Shown: positions 28,872-39,596, counted from the stretch's first letter. The stretch is 64,000 nt of DNA from an uncultured delta proteobacterium (GCA_963843145.1 CAWJJC010000017.1:96001-160000); one strand, 5' to 3'. Numbers and translations: made by a program. Notes: generated by a model not told the origin, from the letters alone.

Positions 28872-29303
28872 TTATCGGGTTAATTTGGTAAAGTGTGAAT
28901 AAACTTGTTGATTGAACGTGACAAACTTGTGGGCTAGAAAATTAAGAACCAGCATAATTCCGGTAGTAATGATGCGGGCCGGCATAGGCCACAGCTTTCC
29001 CCACTCAACCAGGACAGCCATCAACACGACGGAACACAATAGAGCGAGCGCGCAAATGAGAGAATATACGCCGATCTGAGCGATGATTTGCTGGGTTTGG
29101 TCCTTAAAGGTAATGAATTTGTTCAGCAGATAATTAATCATCGCCCCCAAAGAGAAAGAGAGCATGACCGCGAGCAGATAAGGAAAGCCTCCCAACACAT
29201 TCAAAGAATAAAAAGAGAGCCAGTCGATCCCGGTGGCTGTTCCTCCCATGACCACGTAGATTGCAAATTGTCGAGATGTCGATTTCTTAAGAAGTAACTT
29301 CAT
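28872..29303 (-). CDS. GtrA family flippase
   Basis: 143 aa, four TM helices, NY.LNK..TF and NF..HK..TF repeats. Confidence 0.88.
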   Translation of the reverse strand: MKLLLKKSTSRQFAIYVVMGGTATGIDWLSFYSLNVLGGFPYLLAVMLSFSLGAMINYLLNKFITFKDQTQQIIAQIGVYSLICALALLCSVVLMAVLVEWGKLWPMPARIITTGIMLVLNFLAHKFVTFNQQVYSHFTKLTR

Positions 29304-29307
29304 ACCG

Positions 29308-29568
29308 TTAGGACAAAAGTCTCCAATAAACCATCTGGGAATTTTTGATCCCTCTCTTAAGATAGTTCCACCCGGCGGGATCCCCCAGGATCTTCCTTTT
29401 GACTCTCCCCTTGCACCGGTCCCAGTAAAAAGAGATCAGCGGAAGGACAAACCAACCCCAAGTACCCATAAAAGCCCGATGGCCAAAAGAGGTCCCATAA
29501 TACCACAAAGGCCAACCGGCCGCGACATATAAATAGAGCAACCGGCCGATCACGATCGGCCGGCTCAA
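29308..29568 (-). pseudogene. C-terminal remnant of a GT-C transferase
   Basis: W.LWYYGTSFGHRAF matches WYLWYFGWSFGHRAF in 34727-36820. Confidence 0.6.
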
Positions 29569-29612
29569 AGACCAGAGCGGCTGGGATAATGATAAGGATT
29601 AGCTGCCGGCGG

Positions 29613-31725
29613 TCAGGGGGTCGTCTTCCTAATCAACGGAAACCAAAATCCATAGGCCCGAATCACCTCGGCTGAACGGCTGAAGGGCCCCAGGACGCTT
29701 CCGGAAATTTGGACGGTGTTGGTCTGAGGGGTCAGCCAGGGGAAGCCCGGATTGGGAGCGGCGGCATAGGTTACCCGCACTTCTCCCGAGACCGGGACCG
29801 CACCCGACCAGGATATCTTCCCCCCCGCAAAGGTCGGCGGCAACCCCGAGGTAGCCGCCAGAGTTCCAGGGAAAACGGTCAGAGTCGAAGGAGGGGTATC
29901 TTCCAGCAAAGCCAGGGCGTCTTTGTTTCCGGTGTTTTGAAGCCGGATGGTATAGAAAAGCGTTTGATCTCCTTGAAAAAGCCGAGGAGAGGCGTATTTG
30001 TAGGAGGAGACCAGGACCGGGGCCGGTGAGGTCAGGACCGTGGTAAAAGTCTGTCCCCATTCTTCGTACCCGTAGGGTTCCTGGTTACCGATTCGATCCC
30101 GGGCCCGGACCCGAAAAAAATAGGTCTGTCCATGACCGCCGCTAAAAGAAGCGGAAGTCTGAGTGGTATTCAGAAGAAAATCCCTCCAGCCCCCTTCATA
30201 GCCCTCGCGGACCTGGACATCATAAGAGCCAATGCCGCTCACGTCATCCGTCCCCGACCAGGATAGGGAAAACGGGCTAGCGGACACTGTGGGCAGAGCG
30301 GTCATTTGGGATTGGGGAGCGTTATGATCAAGCGCCTTGAGGGCCTTATCCACCTGGATTCGGGATTTGGTCAAACCGTTACGGGGATCTTTAATCGGGA
30401 CCCCAGAGTCCTGAAGGGCCGCCAGGATCTGATCGACGGTGGCCTGGGGGGCCGCCTGTTTAAGGATGGCCCAGGTTCCGGAAACATGCGGGGCGGCCAG
30501 AGAGGTCCCGCTGTAGCCCAGGACCCAGCCGCCTCCAATCGTGGTCGAAAAAACATCCGCCCCGGGGGCCAGGAGGGAGAGGTATTCGGCGCTGTTGGAA
30601 AAATCGGCTATCTGATCGCCCTTGGTGGTGCCCCCCACACTAATAGCCGAAGAAATACAGGCGGGATAGGATAGTTGTTGAGAGTCCCCATTGTTCCCGG
30701 AAGGGACAACCGAAGCAATATCGATCGACCTCAGCAGATCAAACATAAATTTCGTAGAGGGATTGTCCGCATCACAGAAGGCCTGGTTAGGGTAAAGGCC
30801 ACCGCGAACGCTGATATTGACAGCGGCAATATTGTAGGCCCCCCTTAATCCATATACATAGTCGAGTGCTGCGATCTGATCGGATTTATAAGATTCGATC
30901 CCATTGGCCGTCTGGGAGAATATCTGGACCGGCAGGAGGCTGGCTCCTTTGGCCACCCCGTTATTGGAAGGATCCGCCGCTGTTGGCCGCGACGATGCCG
31001 GCAATATAGGTCCCGTGATCGCAGAGAGCCGTGGAAGAACAATTGACGCCGGCCGGTGAGTTACAGGAATTGGAAAAGCAGGCCCCGCCCACGAGCCTCC
31101 CGGAGAAGTAGGGATTGCTAAAATCTACCCCGGTGTCCAGCACGGCTACGGTCCAGCCGCGGCCGTCCAACCCCAGCGACCAGGCCGGAGGGACCCCGAT
31201 CAAGGGGATCGTTTCATTCAAGGCTGGTTGGCTTAAACTGTCCTCCTCGATATCGGCGATCAGGGGATGGTTTTCCAGTAAGGCCAGGGCCCGGTGGTCC
31301 AGTTCCAGGGCCAGGAAGGGGATATAGTTAAATCTTCTTAACTCCCGAACAAGTTGTCCCCCCAGGTCATTCAAGATCTGATCCTGCCGGCGGGCGATGT
31401 CCGCCCGCTGTTCCGCAACCTCTTTTTCCCCGGACAAACGGCCTTCCGCCACGGAGTTGCTCTTGAGCCGGACAATAGCCCTGACCGTCCCTTTATTTTG
31501 CGCCTGATCGAGAAGTTTCGAAAAGCGGTGGGCCTTGGGTGGGATCGCCGTCGGGGCCGAGGAAATTGTCCCGGACAAATCCAACGCGTATCCGGGGGTT
31601 GAAACCCAGAAGGCAAAACCCGCCAATAAGACAATCCAGAGGAAGATCTCCGGACACCAGCGGAAATTCCGATTCCGGCTTTTTAACCCGGAATCCGATA
31701 ATTCTTTTTTGTTCTTTTTCTCCAT
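29613..31725 (-). CDS. Secreted S8 (subtilisin-like) peptidase with FN3/Ig-like C-terminal domains, frameshifted near 30965
   Basis: Signal and propeptide, VLDTG (Asp) and HGT (His) in the first frame; GTS.AAPHV (Ser) in the second frame; ends FWFPLIRK. Confidence 0.85.
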
Positions 31726-31847
31726 TGCCCCCCTCGTTAAACAGAATATCTAAGTCCCCATTTGATGATTCCCTACCCCTAACGACTTGAGTATCGGGGA
31801 TATGGGTAATGAAACCGGCGTCTAGTGCTTTCAACCGGCAAACCAAA

Positions 31848-34607
31848 TCAATCACCTGTTTTAGCCCCCAGCACTTCCAATTCATAGATCGACCACCAGT
31901 AAACCGAGTCTGTCCCGGTTTGAACCAACTTGAGATGCCGGATCGCCTGTGGAGGAAAGCGATAATTGTTCCTTTTAATTACCCGGCCTTGACACCAGGC
32001 ATATTCGGCAAAGGTTGTTGCCCGGATCTCACGCCATTCGGCGGCATCCTGGGAAACCATTATCTTCAGGTTACGGGGAGAATCGTACAAGGAATTATTT
32101 AAAAACAAGGAAAGGCCGTTTACCGAATAGGTTCCGCCCAGACCTACTTGAAAGACCATTCCAGGCTCCTGGCCCCGAAGACTCCCCCACCGGGTCGAGG
32201 GGTTCCCGTCAACAGCCAGACCGGCTTCCTTATTGTTCGTATTGGAAAAAACGTTGAATCGAGACGGTGAAAGGCGGAAGCCTTCCCTTGGGGGAAACAA
32301 GGTAACGAGTTTTAAATTCTTACCATCGGGATTTTCTCCGGACTTTTCCAACTCCCCAAGATATAAGGCTCGCCCTAATAATTGATGGGCTTCTTCATTT
32401 TCCGGGGCCAGACTGATGGCCGTCTGGGCCCACTTGATGACCTCCGGCCAGTTGACCTGCCTTTTTCGAAACGACGAGTTTGTGCCTGGAAAAAACGGAT
32501 GAGGCCCGGTGGGATCATCCTCCCAGCGTTCCAGGGCTTGTCCGGCCCGAGCCAGGGCTGCCTCCACCTCCGGCCTGGGCGGGTCCGGTTGTTCCAGGGT
32601 TTCATAGATAAACAATTCCGCAATGGTCCAGGTTTTGTTTGGATCTTCCGGTTGAAGGCGATTGGTTAAGCGCAGATAGCGCCCTTCCCGGGGCGGGAAA
32701 CTAATTTGGATTCGGGGATTCTCATCCAAACGGGGCCGTCCTCCAACCCAAGTCATTCCGGTTAAGAAATACTGATCCCGGTTCACGGTATTCCAAACCT
32801 GCCCGTCCCGGGAAATCTCCAGCCTTAGGGAGCCGGCCTCTCTGGACATTCCCGGCCAGGGCAGGAGGGATACCCGGCCCAAATTCCGGACCCGGCCCAG
32901 ATCCACCTGCACCCATTCCCCAGGTTTTTCGGGGATTTCCCAGCCGGTCAGGATATCCCGGTCCTTCATCATTGCGGCATTTTCAGTGTTTTGACTTGTG
33001 GTAATCCGCCAATCCTTACTGGAAATGGCCCGGAGAGGAAAAGCCGGTTCCCTAAAATTGTACCAGACCACGTAATTCCCTTGCTCAAAACGGTCGAAAC
33101 TGCCGCCGATCAATTGCAAAGAGGCGGCCATGACCTCCGGCGGGGGATTGCCCAGTTCCCGATGCGTAATGATCGCCACCTTCCCGGCCGGAGCCTGATC
33201 CACGGCCCTGAGGTAATCATAATTGCGTTGGCCGGAATAATCGGCACAGATAATTTTTTCCTGGCTTTCAAACGTCAGGGGTTGGGAGATCCGGTTGTCG
33301 GCGTAGGCATATTGGATACCACGACCCTTCAAAGCCTTGATCAGCCCATCCACCGGACGATAGGGGTGGTCCTGATATTCCTGGAGGAAGAGAAAATGGA
33401 GAAAGAGGTTAAATCCAAAGAGGACGATCATCGCCCCGGCCCCAAGGCCCCGATGATAAGCCAGGATCTTATGCAGCCAAACCGCTATCAATATGGAAAA
33501 GGGAGCATAAAAAGTCAGTGAATAACGGAGAGACCCGGTGGCTCCCTGTTGACTGGTAGAAAAAACCAGGACCAAAATCCAGAAAACCGCCGCAACCAGG
33601 TCGATCGGTTCTTGAAAAGGATTGCGAAGGGAAATAATCCTTTGACCCCAGCGAAAAATAACGATCAGGGATAACACAAAGGGGGGCAAATAATAAACGG
33701 CCCAAATTGACCAGGCCAAAACCGACGGAACGCTCGGAAGCACGCTTTGGCCATCCCACCAGTCCCCCAAAAAAGACTGAAAAAAAGAATACCGAAGCAC
33801 ACCATAGATACGGGTCGGCAATTGATCAAAAATACCGATGCCTGTATGCCCGAAAAACCCGAAGGTGGAAAAATTATGCCGGATTTCCCAAAGCCAAAAG
33901 GGTAAGGATCCCAGTAGAAAACCGGCAAAACCCACCCCGGGAATCCGAGTAAGAAAGGTGCGCGGCCGGGCCATAGCCAGCCCGAGTCCGCAGGCCAGGA
34001 GAAAGGGAACCGATAACAGACTAGACCACCAGGCGAGACCGGCCAGAATTCCAATAAGACCGGCCAGGGCTACCTTATTTCTGGACGGCTGAAACGCCAG
34101 ATGGCAGGTGCCAAAAAGTATAAAACCGCCAAAGGCACAGGCTTCCTCATGGCCCCCGGTGGCTAATAGGGCAATGACGCTTAGGTAGAGAGGCGAAAAA
34201 GCCATGAAGGCGGCGGATAGCAGTCCGACCACCCATCCCCCGACCAGGGTTCCAATCTTATTGATGCAAACGATCAGAAAAGCAATGACTAAAATTCCGG
34301 TCAGATGAAGCGAAAAGGCCGTTGAGCCGAAGAGAAGAAATAGAAAACTGGCCAGATAGGCTTCCAAAGCCCCCATGTACGGCTGCCCCCAGAAAAAAAG
34401 CTGGAATTCGCCCCTTAAAATATGGAGAGCCATATTTCCGGTTACCGCCTCGTCATAGTAGGTCTCCGCGAAAACGGGGGAATGGGCCATGACGTAGCGG
34501 ATCACAAAATGAACTACGAGCAGGACCGACAATCCAAAACAAACCAGTGTGTGATGGGGGCACGTTTTAATTTTTATGGCCATAAGATTCTTGGTCAAGG
34601 GCGGCAC
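31848..34607 (-). CDS. GT-C (PMT/ArnT-like) membrane glycosyltransferase fused to two discoidin (F5/8C) domains
   Basis: DEA..G.MA..I and FFWGQPYMG loop, many TM helices, then D....T.W...QVDLG and W.I.EL discoidin motifs twice. Confidence 0.75.
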   Translation of the reverse strand: MPPLTKNLMAIKIKTCPHHTLVCFGLSVLLVVHFVIRYVMAHSPVFAETYYDEAVTGNMALHILRGEFQLFFWGQPYMGALEAYLASFLFLLFGSTAFSLHLTGILVIAFLIVCINKIGTLVGGWVVGLLSAAFMAFSPLYLSVIALLATGGHEEACAFGGFILFGTCHLAFQPSRNKVALAGLIGILAGLAWWSSLLSVPFLLACGLGLAMARPRTFLTRIPGVGFAGFLLGSLPFWLWEIRHNFSTFGFFGHTGIGIFDQLPTRIYGVLRYSFFQSFLGDWWDGQSVLPSVPSVLAWSIWAVYYLPPFVLSLIVIFRWGQRIISLRNPFQEPIDLVAAVFWILVLVFSTSQQGATGSLRYSLTFYAPFSILIAVWLHKILAYHRGLGAGAMIVLFGFNLFLHFLFLQEYQDHPYRPVDGLIKALKGRGIQYAYADNRISQPLTFESQEKIICADYSGQRNYDYLRAVDQAPAGKVAIITHRELGNPPPEVMAASLQLIGGSFDRFEQGNYVVWYNFREPAFPLRAISSKDWRITTSQNTENAAMMKDRDILTGWEIPEKPGEWVQVDLGRVRNLGRVSLLPWPGMSREAGSLRLEISRDGQVWNTVNRDQYFLTGMTWVGGRPRLDENPRIQISFPPREGRYLRLTNRLQPEDPNKTWTIAELFIYETLEQPDPPRPEVEAALARAGQALERWEDDPTGPHPFFPGTNSSFRKRQVNWPEVIKWAQTAISLAPENEEAHQLLGRALYLGELEKSGENPDGKNLKLVTLFPPREGFRLSPSRFNVFSNTNNKEAGLAVDGNPSTRWGSLRGQEPGMVFQVGLGGTYSVNGLSLFLNNSLYDSPRNLKIMVSQDAAEWREIRATTFAEYAWCQGRVIKRNNYRFPPQAIRHLKLVQTGTDSVYWWSIYELEVLGAKTGD

Positions 34608-34726
34608 CGGATTTAAGGGGATGAATGATCACCTGATGAATTTATCACTTAATCCCCTCCTCCGCGAGCCTTTCGGTTTTTATGTCGGCCTGTGAATTCC
34701 TTGGCCGCACGTGGGAAAACTACTTC

Positions 34727-36820
34727 TTATCGGTGGAGCCGGAGATTTCTCAGCTCCGGGTTCTTGAGCCATCGCCAGAGGTCACCCACCCCCTGGGAGT
34801 TGCGCAACATCTTAACATAAATCGGCCAGTTCATACTCGGACGCATTTCACCGGGCAGTGCTCCCTGAAAATATTGAATGAACCAATAAAAGGTCAAGGC
34901 GATAAGAAAGGAGCCTATAACCATAACCGTCCTCTTGACCCAACGGCGTCGCACCGAGCTGAAAAAGGCGGCCAGGGGAATGGCAAACATCCCCAGGACA
35001 TCCACGAAGGCCCGGTGGCCAAAAGACCATCCGAAATACCAGAGGTACCAACTGGAGATGAGATAAAGTTGCAGAAGAAGGCAGACCGCAATGGGCCAGC
35101 GAAAGTCCTTTAAGCGACCCTGCATTCGGAAGAGGCCCAGAACAGCAAAGACCAGGATAGGGGACCAAATGAAAAGCCCATGATGGGGGCTGAAAAGGAC
35201 CTTGAATATTTGGGGGGAAAGAAAATAGAAATGTTCGAAGGGATAGGTATACGTACTGACGAAAAATCGGCCGGTGGCCAGCTTCCAAATGATCACCTGA
35301 GGGGAAAAGACCAGGCCGGCCACGGCTGCCAAAAGCAGCACCCGCTTTTTCTCCCGCCAGAGGAACCATATCTTTTCCTTGAGTGCCTCCCATCCGGTTA
35401 CTCCGTAAAGGGGTAAAAAAAGAAGCAAAAGGGCGTTGGTATTTCGAACCAGGGGGATCATCCCGCAGATCACCCCCAAAAGCGCGCTGTTCCCCCAGGA
35501 GGGATCGGCCGACCAGCGGGGAACCAACCAGAGGAAGAGGCAGACCAGGCAAAAGGAATAGGCGTGACTTAAACTCGACTCGACAGCGACGTAGGCCAGG
35601 AAGTTGGTTCCTAGATAAAGACTCAACAGAGTGATCAAAACGATTCGTGCTGAGAAATATTCGCTAAGGAGTTTGAACAGGAAGATCAGCCCCAGGAGCA
35701 TATAGGCGGTGGTGGCGGTATCCACTGCCAACTGGTAGGGCCAAGAAAAACCGTCGGGGGTCGATCCCAGGAAGGGTGTGACCAGATGGCCCAAAAGAAA
35801 AAAAGGGGCCTCCATTGCGGCCGTCCCTAAAGGATATTTGATCAGGTAGCGCCCGGTGGCGAGATAGCGCAAAAATCCCTCACCGGGATGGAGGTCCAGC
35901 CCCTGGGAGGGATAGTCATAGTGCCGGGTCGGTTCATAAAGGCTCTCCATGGAGAGGTCGTGGTAAATCAGATAGGAAGGCAGATAGGAGTAGTAACCGA
36001 GGCCGTCGCTCCAAATAGGAAGGATCGGGTGCTCCAGATGGTAAATCCAACTAAGGGCCGTGGTGAAAAGGGCCAGAGCCAGGAACAACATTTTCCAGCG
36101 TCTGTTGGGGAAAATCTTTCCGGCCCAGTACCGAACGTATAACCGGTGCAAGCCTAACCCGCCCGACAAGAGGATCCCGAACAAACAGAGATATTCCCCC
36201 CAGTAGACTGCGGTCAGCCAGGTTTCGATATTCCCCAACTCCAGGACGTTTAAATCATTCGGCCTTAAGGCCTGCCCCCCCTCCGGATAGGACCATTGAG
36301 GTTCGTTGGTTCCCAGAGAGCCTTTATTGATCTGTCCCGGCCCGTCGGCTTCGATGCGCAGCCACCCCGGCTGGCAGCGGTTCCTCAGGCGCAATTCCAA
36401 TAAATGGGGGCCCGGGGAAAGCCATTTTTGGGTCTCCCCGGATGGCCAGGAATTCAGGTCCGGCAAGGAAATTATCGATCGGCTGTCGATTAAAACAGCC
36501 CCATCTCTGCCCTCGCCGCTTAACCGGAGACGATAGATTCCCCCGTGGGGAACCTGCCAGACGGCGTAGGCGTTAAGGAAGGAAAGCGGCTTGTCCAGCG
36601 TTACTATCGGGGTGGACGAAATTTCGATGCGGTCTTGGGCCTTGAAATTCAGATCGTACCGATAAGACTCCACTCGAAATCCGGGCTTTCCGGGTTGAAC
36701 CTTGGGCAGGAGTACCCAGTGCCAGACCATTGGCCAGAGGGCGAAGTGGAGAAGCAGAAAAAACAGGCCTCCTCCCCCGATCATTACTCCGGTGATGGGT
36801 TTCCTTCGAACCGCCCACAT
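34727..36820 (-). CDS. PA14-like domain plus GT-C membrane protein
   Basis: N-terminal beta domain (G.YRL.L, WL..G.H.LEL), DG.GYYSYLPS, KYP.G, SFG.R.F, many TM helices. Confidence 0.7.
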   Translation of the reverse strand: MWAVRRKPITGVMIGGGGLFFLLLHFALWPMVWHWVLLPKVQPGKPGFRVESYRYDLNFKAQDRIEISSTPIVTLDKPLSFLNAYAVWQVPHGGIYRLRLSGEGRDGAVLIDSRSIISLPDLNSWPSGETQKWLSPGPHLLELRLRNRCQPGWLRIEADGPGQINKGSLGTNEPQWSYPEGGQALRPNDLNVLELGNIETWLTAVYWGEYLCLFGILLSGGLGLHRLYVRYWAGKIFPNRRWKMLFLALALFTTALSWIYHLEHPILPIWSDGLGYYSYLPSYLIYHDLSMESLYEPTRHYDYPSQGLDLHPGEGFLRYLATGRYLIKYPLGTAAMEAPFFLLGHLVTPFLGSTPDGFSWPYQLAVDTATTAYMLLGLIFLFKLLSEYFSARIVLITLLSLYLGTNFLAYVAVESSLSHAYSFCLVCLFLWLVPRWSADPSWGNSALLGVICGMIPLVRNTNALLLLFLPLYGVTGWEALKEKIWFLWREKKRVLLLAAVAGLVFSPQVIIWKLATGRFFVSTYTYPFEHFYFLSPQIFKVLFSPHHGLFIWSPILVFAVLGLFRMQGRLKDFRWPIAVCLLLQLYLISSWYLWYFGWSFGHRAFVDVLGMFAIPLAAFFSSVRRRWVKRTVMVIGSFLIALTFYWFIQYFQGALPGEMRPSMNWPIYVKMLRNSQGVGDLWRWLKNPELRNLRLHR

Positions 36821-37045
36821 GCGAAAAAAAATCCTTTCAGTTTAGGAGCAGTGCCCCTCTAATTTAATCCCGGACGCTTTCTAACGACGGTCCGAAGCAT
36901 CCGAAAACAAACACGGGCCTGTTCCAGTCCAGGGGATCTTTCCCTTGGCCAGTTTAATAATCGCTTGACTTATAGCATAGAAACCCATAATAATTGACTA
37001 ATTATAACATTGTAATTAGGGATGACAAGCTGAATTTCCAAATTT

Positions 37046-37546
37046 ATGGACATGCTCGCTAAAGAAAAAATGAACGCCGGCGGGCGGCCGCCAAAATTTC
37101 GTGAGCCCCGTCGTCCGGTAACTATGACGCTGCCGGAGCGCATCCTGGAGCGTCTGGCCGAGATTGATCCGGACCGAAGTTGCGCCGTGGTCAAGGCCAC
37201 CGAGGCGGTGGTGGGAACCGGGCGAGGACATATCCAGCCGCTGGAACTTATTGAAATGGCCCCCGGCAAGTCCCTGATCGTAGTCGGCCCAAGCCAAGCC
37301 TTGAGAAAAATACCCTGCCTGAAATTGATCGAAATTACCCCGGCCCGATATCTGTTGACCATTCCCTCCGGCATGTCGATTGAATCCTTGGAGGTAACCC
37401 TGCGCGACTTGATTCTCAATCCGGAGTTACGGGAAAAAGAGCACGAATACGGTATCCTGCATGAACTGCTGAATTTGATCGGTCACCAGCGACGTGCCCA
37501 ACGCCTGTCCAAGGAGGAAATCCTGATCATCAACTCGGACTCCTAG
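37046..37546 (+). CDS. Hypothetical protein with a possible ribbon-helix-helix DNA-binding N-terminus
   Basis: GGRPPKF...PVTMTLPERILERL pattern; 166-aa ORF divergent from the GT-C cluster. Confidence 0.6.
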   Translation: MDMLAKEKMNAGGRPPKFREPRRPVTMTLPERILERLAEIDPDRSCAVVKATEAVVGTGRGHIQPLELIEMAPGKSLIVVGPSQALRKIPCLKLIEITPARYLLTIPSGMSIESLEVTLRDLILNPELREKEHEYGILHELLNLIGHQRRAQRLSKEEILIINSDS

Positions 37547-37697
37547 TCCAAAATTCTCTCCCTTCCCTTTAGACTCCATCCGGAAAACCACATATTTTAT
37601 CCATCCTTCGACGTTGCCCGGAGGATCCCGACAGGGTATCGGATAAACCCTGTTTCCATATTCCTTGCCTTTTCTGATGAAATTGTTTTATTAATAC

Positions 37698-38711
37698 ATG
37701 GGCAAAAAAAGCTATTGGGCCGGTTTCCTCATCAGTGTCATTTTCCTAATCCTTTTTTTACGAAAAATCGATTGGCAAACGGTGGGGATTATCCTCGGCC
37801 AGGTTAAATTAATCTATATCCTTCCCCTGATGGCGGTAAATCTGTTGACCACCCTGATCCGGGCCATACGGTGGGGGGTCCTCCTCCGTCCGCTGAAAGC
37901 CATCCCCCTGGGCGAGTTGTATACCGCCACGGGCATAGGCTTCATGGCCAATTACCTGCTGCCGGCCCGGGTCGGGGAATTTGTCCGGGCCTTTCTTCTG
38001 GGAAGCCGGGCACAGATCAGCAAGACGGCCTCCTTTGCCACCATCGTGGTGGAAAAGGTCTTCGACGGATTTACCGTGATGGTCATGTTTCTGGTCGTCC
38101 TCTTTTTAATGCCCTTCCCGACCGGACATGTTTCTTTTTTCAATGAGCGCAATATCAAGCTGGTGGGACTCCTGAGTTTTGCCTTCTATCTCTCGGTCCT
38201 GGGAATCCTGCTACTGATGTTTTTTCATAACCAGCGGATCAACCGGCTGTTTGATTTTCTGCTGAAACCCTTTCCACCTCATCTGGCCTTGAAGGTCCGG
38301 AGAAAAGTGGACGCCTTTATATTCGGTCTGGGCATCCTCAGAAACCTCCGGGATATCGCCCTCATCTCTTTTTATTCGGCCCTGGTTTGGGCGATCAGTA
38401 TTCTGCTCGGTTATTTTCTTTTTTTCCCTTTTGGGATTCATTTGTCCCTGCTCTCTGCCGTCTTTTTAACGGTTATCCTGGTCTTTGGGGTGAGCATCCC
38501 TTCGGCCCCGGGATTTATCGGGACCTTCCATTGGGCCTGTGCCGCCGCCCTCATGTTCCTCGGGGTGGAGGCGAACCTGGCCAAAAGCTACGCCATAATT
38601 TTATGGTTCATCAGTTTTATCCCTATCACTGGCCTGGGCCTTTTTCTGCTCTGGAAAGAGGGGCTTTCTTTCAAGGTGCTGAAAACGGATGATTCGGAGC
38701 AAGTCTCTTAG
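37698..38711 (+). CDS. Lysylphosphatidylglycerol synthase TM-domain (UPF0104) flippase-like protein
   Basis: RA.RW, NYLLPARVGE..R, EK.FD, PSAPGFIG motifs. Confidence 0.88.
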   Translation: MGKKSYWAGFLISVIFLILFLRKIDWQTVGIILGQVKLIYILPLMAVNLLTTLIRAIRWGVLLRPLKAIPLGELYTATGIGFMANYLLPARVGEFVRAFLLGSRAQISKTASFATIVVEKVFDGFTVMVMFLVVLFLMPFPTGHVSFFNERNIKLVGLLSFAFYLSVLGILLLMFFHNQRINRLFDFLLKPFPPHLALKVRRKVDAFIFGLGILRNLRDIALISFYSALVWAISILLGYFLFFPFGIHLSLLSAVFLTVILVFGVSIPSAPGFIGTFHWACAAALMFLGVEANLAKSYAIILWFISFIPITGLGLFLLWKEGLSFKVLKTDDSEQVS

Positions 38712-38774
38712 CCGGAGATTCGGGAACGCTCCCTTAGAGGTCGAAAGAGTTCAAGCTTTGCAGGTTTATTAAGA

Positions 38775-39482
38775 GTGATGATAAAAAAAGTATCCATCCC
38801 TGTACGGCAACAAGACCAGGTTTCCGCTAAAATTTCCGTCCCCGCTGATTTCAGACCCGGCCGAGACCCGGGGATCATCCTGGCCCACGGGGCGGGGAAT
38901 GATATGGAAAATCCCTTGCTGGTCTATCTGGCCGAAGGTTTAGCCCGGGCGGGCATGTTAGCGCTTCGCTTCAACTTCCCGTACAAGGATGCCGGAAGGA
39001 CCGCGCCGGACAAACCGGAGGTCCTGGAGGCCACCTGGCAGGCGGCTTTTGATTTCCTGAGCCGGCAAACCCGATATCGCCCGGCTTTCATCGTGGCGGC
39101 CGGAAAATCCATGGGCGGGCGGATTGCTTCTCAAGCGGCCGCTGCCGGTCGGCTTCCGGTCCGAGGGCTTATTTTTTACGGCTACCCGCTCCACCCGCCG
39201 GGCCATCCGGAAAAACTCCGGGACGCCCACCTGTATTCCTTGTCGATCCCGATGTTTTTCTTCGAAGGCACCCGTGACCCCTTCTGCGATCTGAAGATTC
39301 TCGAGGACGTCCTGAAAAAAGTAACCGCGCCCTGGGAATGGGAAATCATCGAAGGCGGGGATCACTCTTTTAAGGTACCAAAATCCAAGGGATTGACGAT
39401 TCAAGCCGTTTACCGGACAATTTTAGACAAGACCGTTGAAATCCTTAAGACCGGATTTCTTGACAAAGCGGGTCAGGCTTAG
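38775..39482 (+). CDS. Alpha/beta hydrolase (KANL3/Tex30-like)
   Basis: LAHGAG, GKSMGGR nucleophile elbow, YPLHPPG, GTRD, GDHS. Confidence 0.88.
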   Translation: MMIKKVSIPVRQQDQVSAKISVPADFRPGRDPGIILAHGAGNDMENPLLVYLAEGLARAGMLALRFNFPYKDAGRTAPDKPEVLEATWQAAFDFLSRQTRYRPAFIVAAGKSMGGRIASQAAAAGRLPVRGLIFYGYPLHPPGHPEKLRDAHLYSLSIPMFFFEGTRDPFCDLKILEDVLKKVTAPWEWEIIEGGDHSFKVPKSKGLTIQAVYRTILDKTVEILKTGFLDKAGQA

Positions 39483-39596
39483 TTGTTGATCCGCAATGAA
39501 CCCTAGCCAAAAAACATTTTTATTTCAGATTTTTGCATCCATTGTTAGAGACAAATTCTCAGAACAATGGATGTAAAAATCTAAGGAGACTTATTT

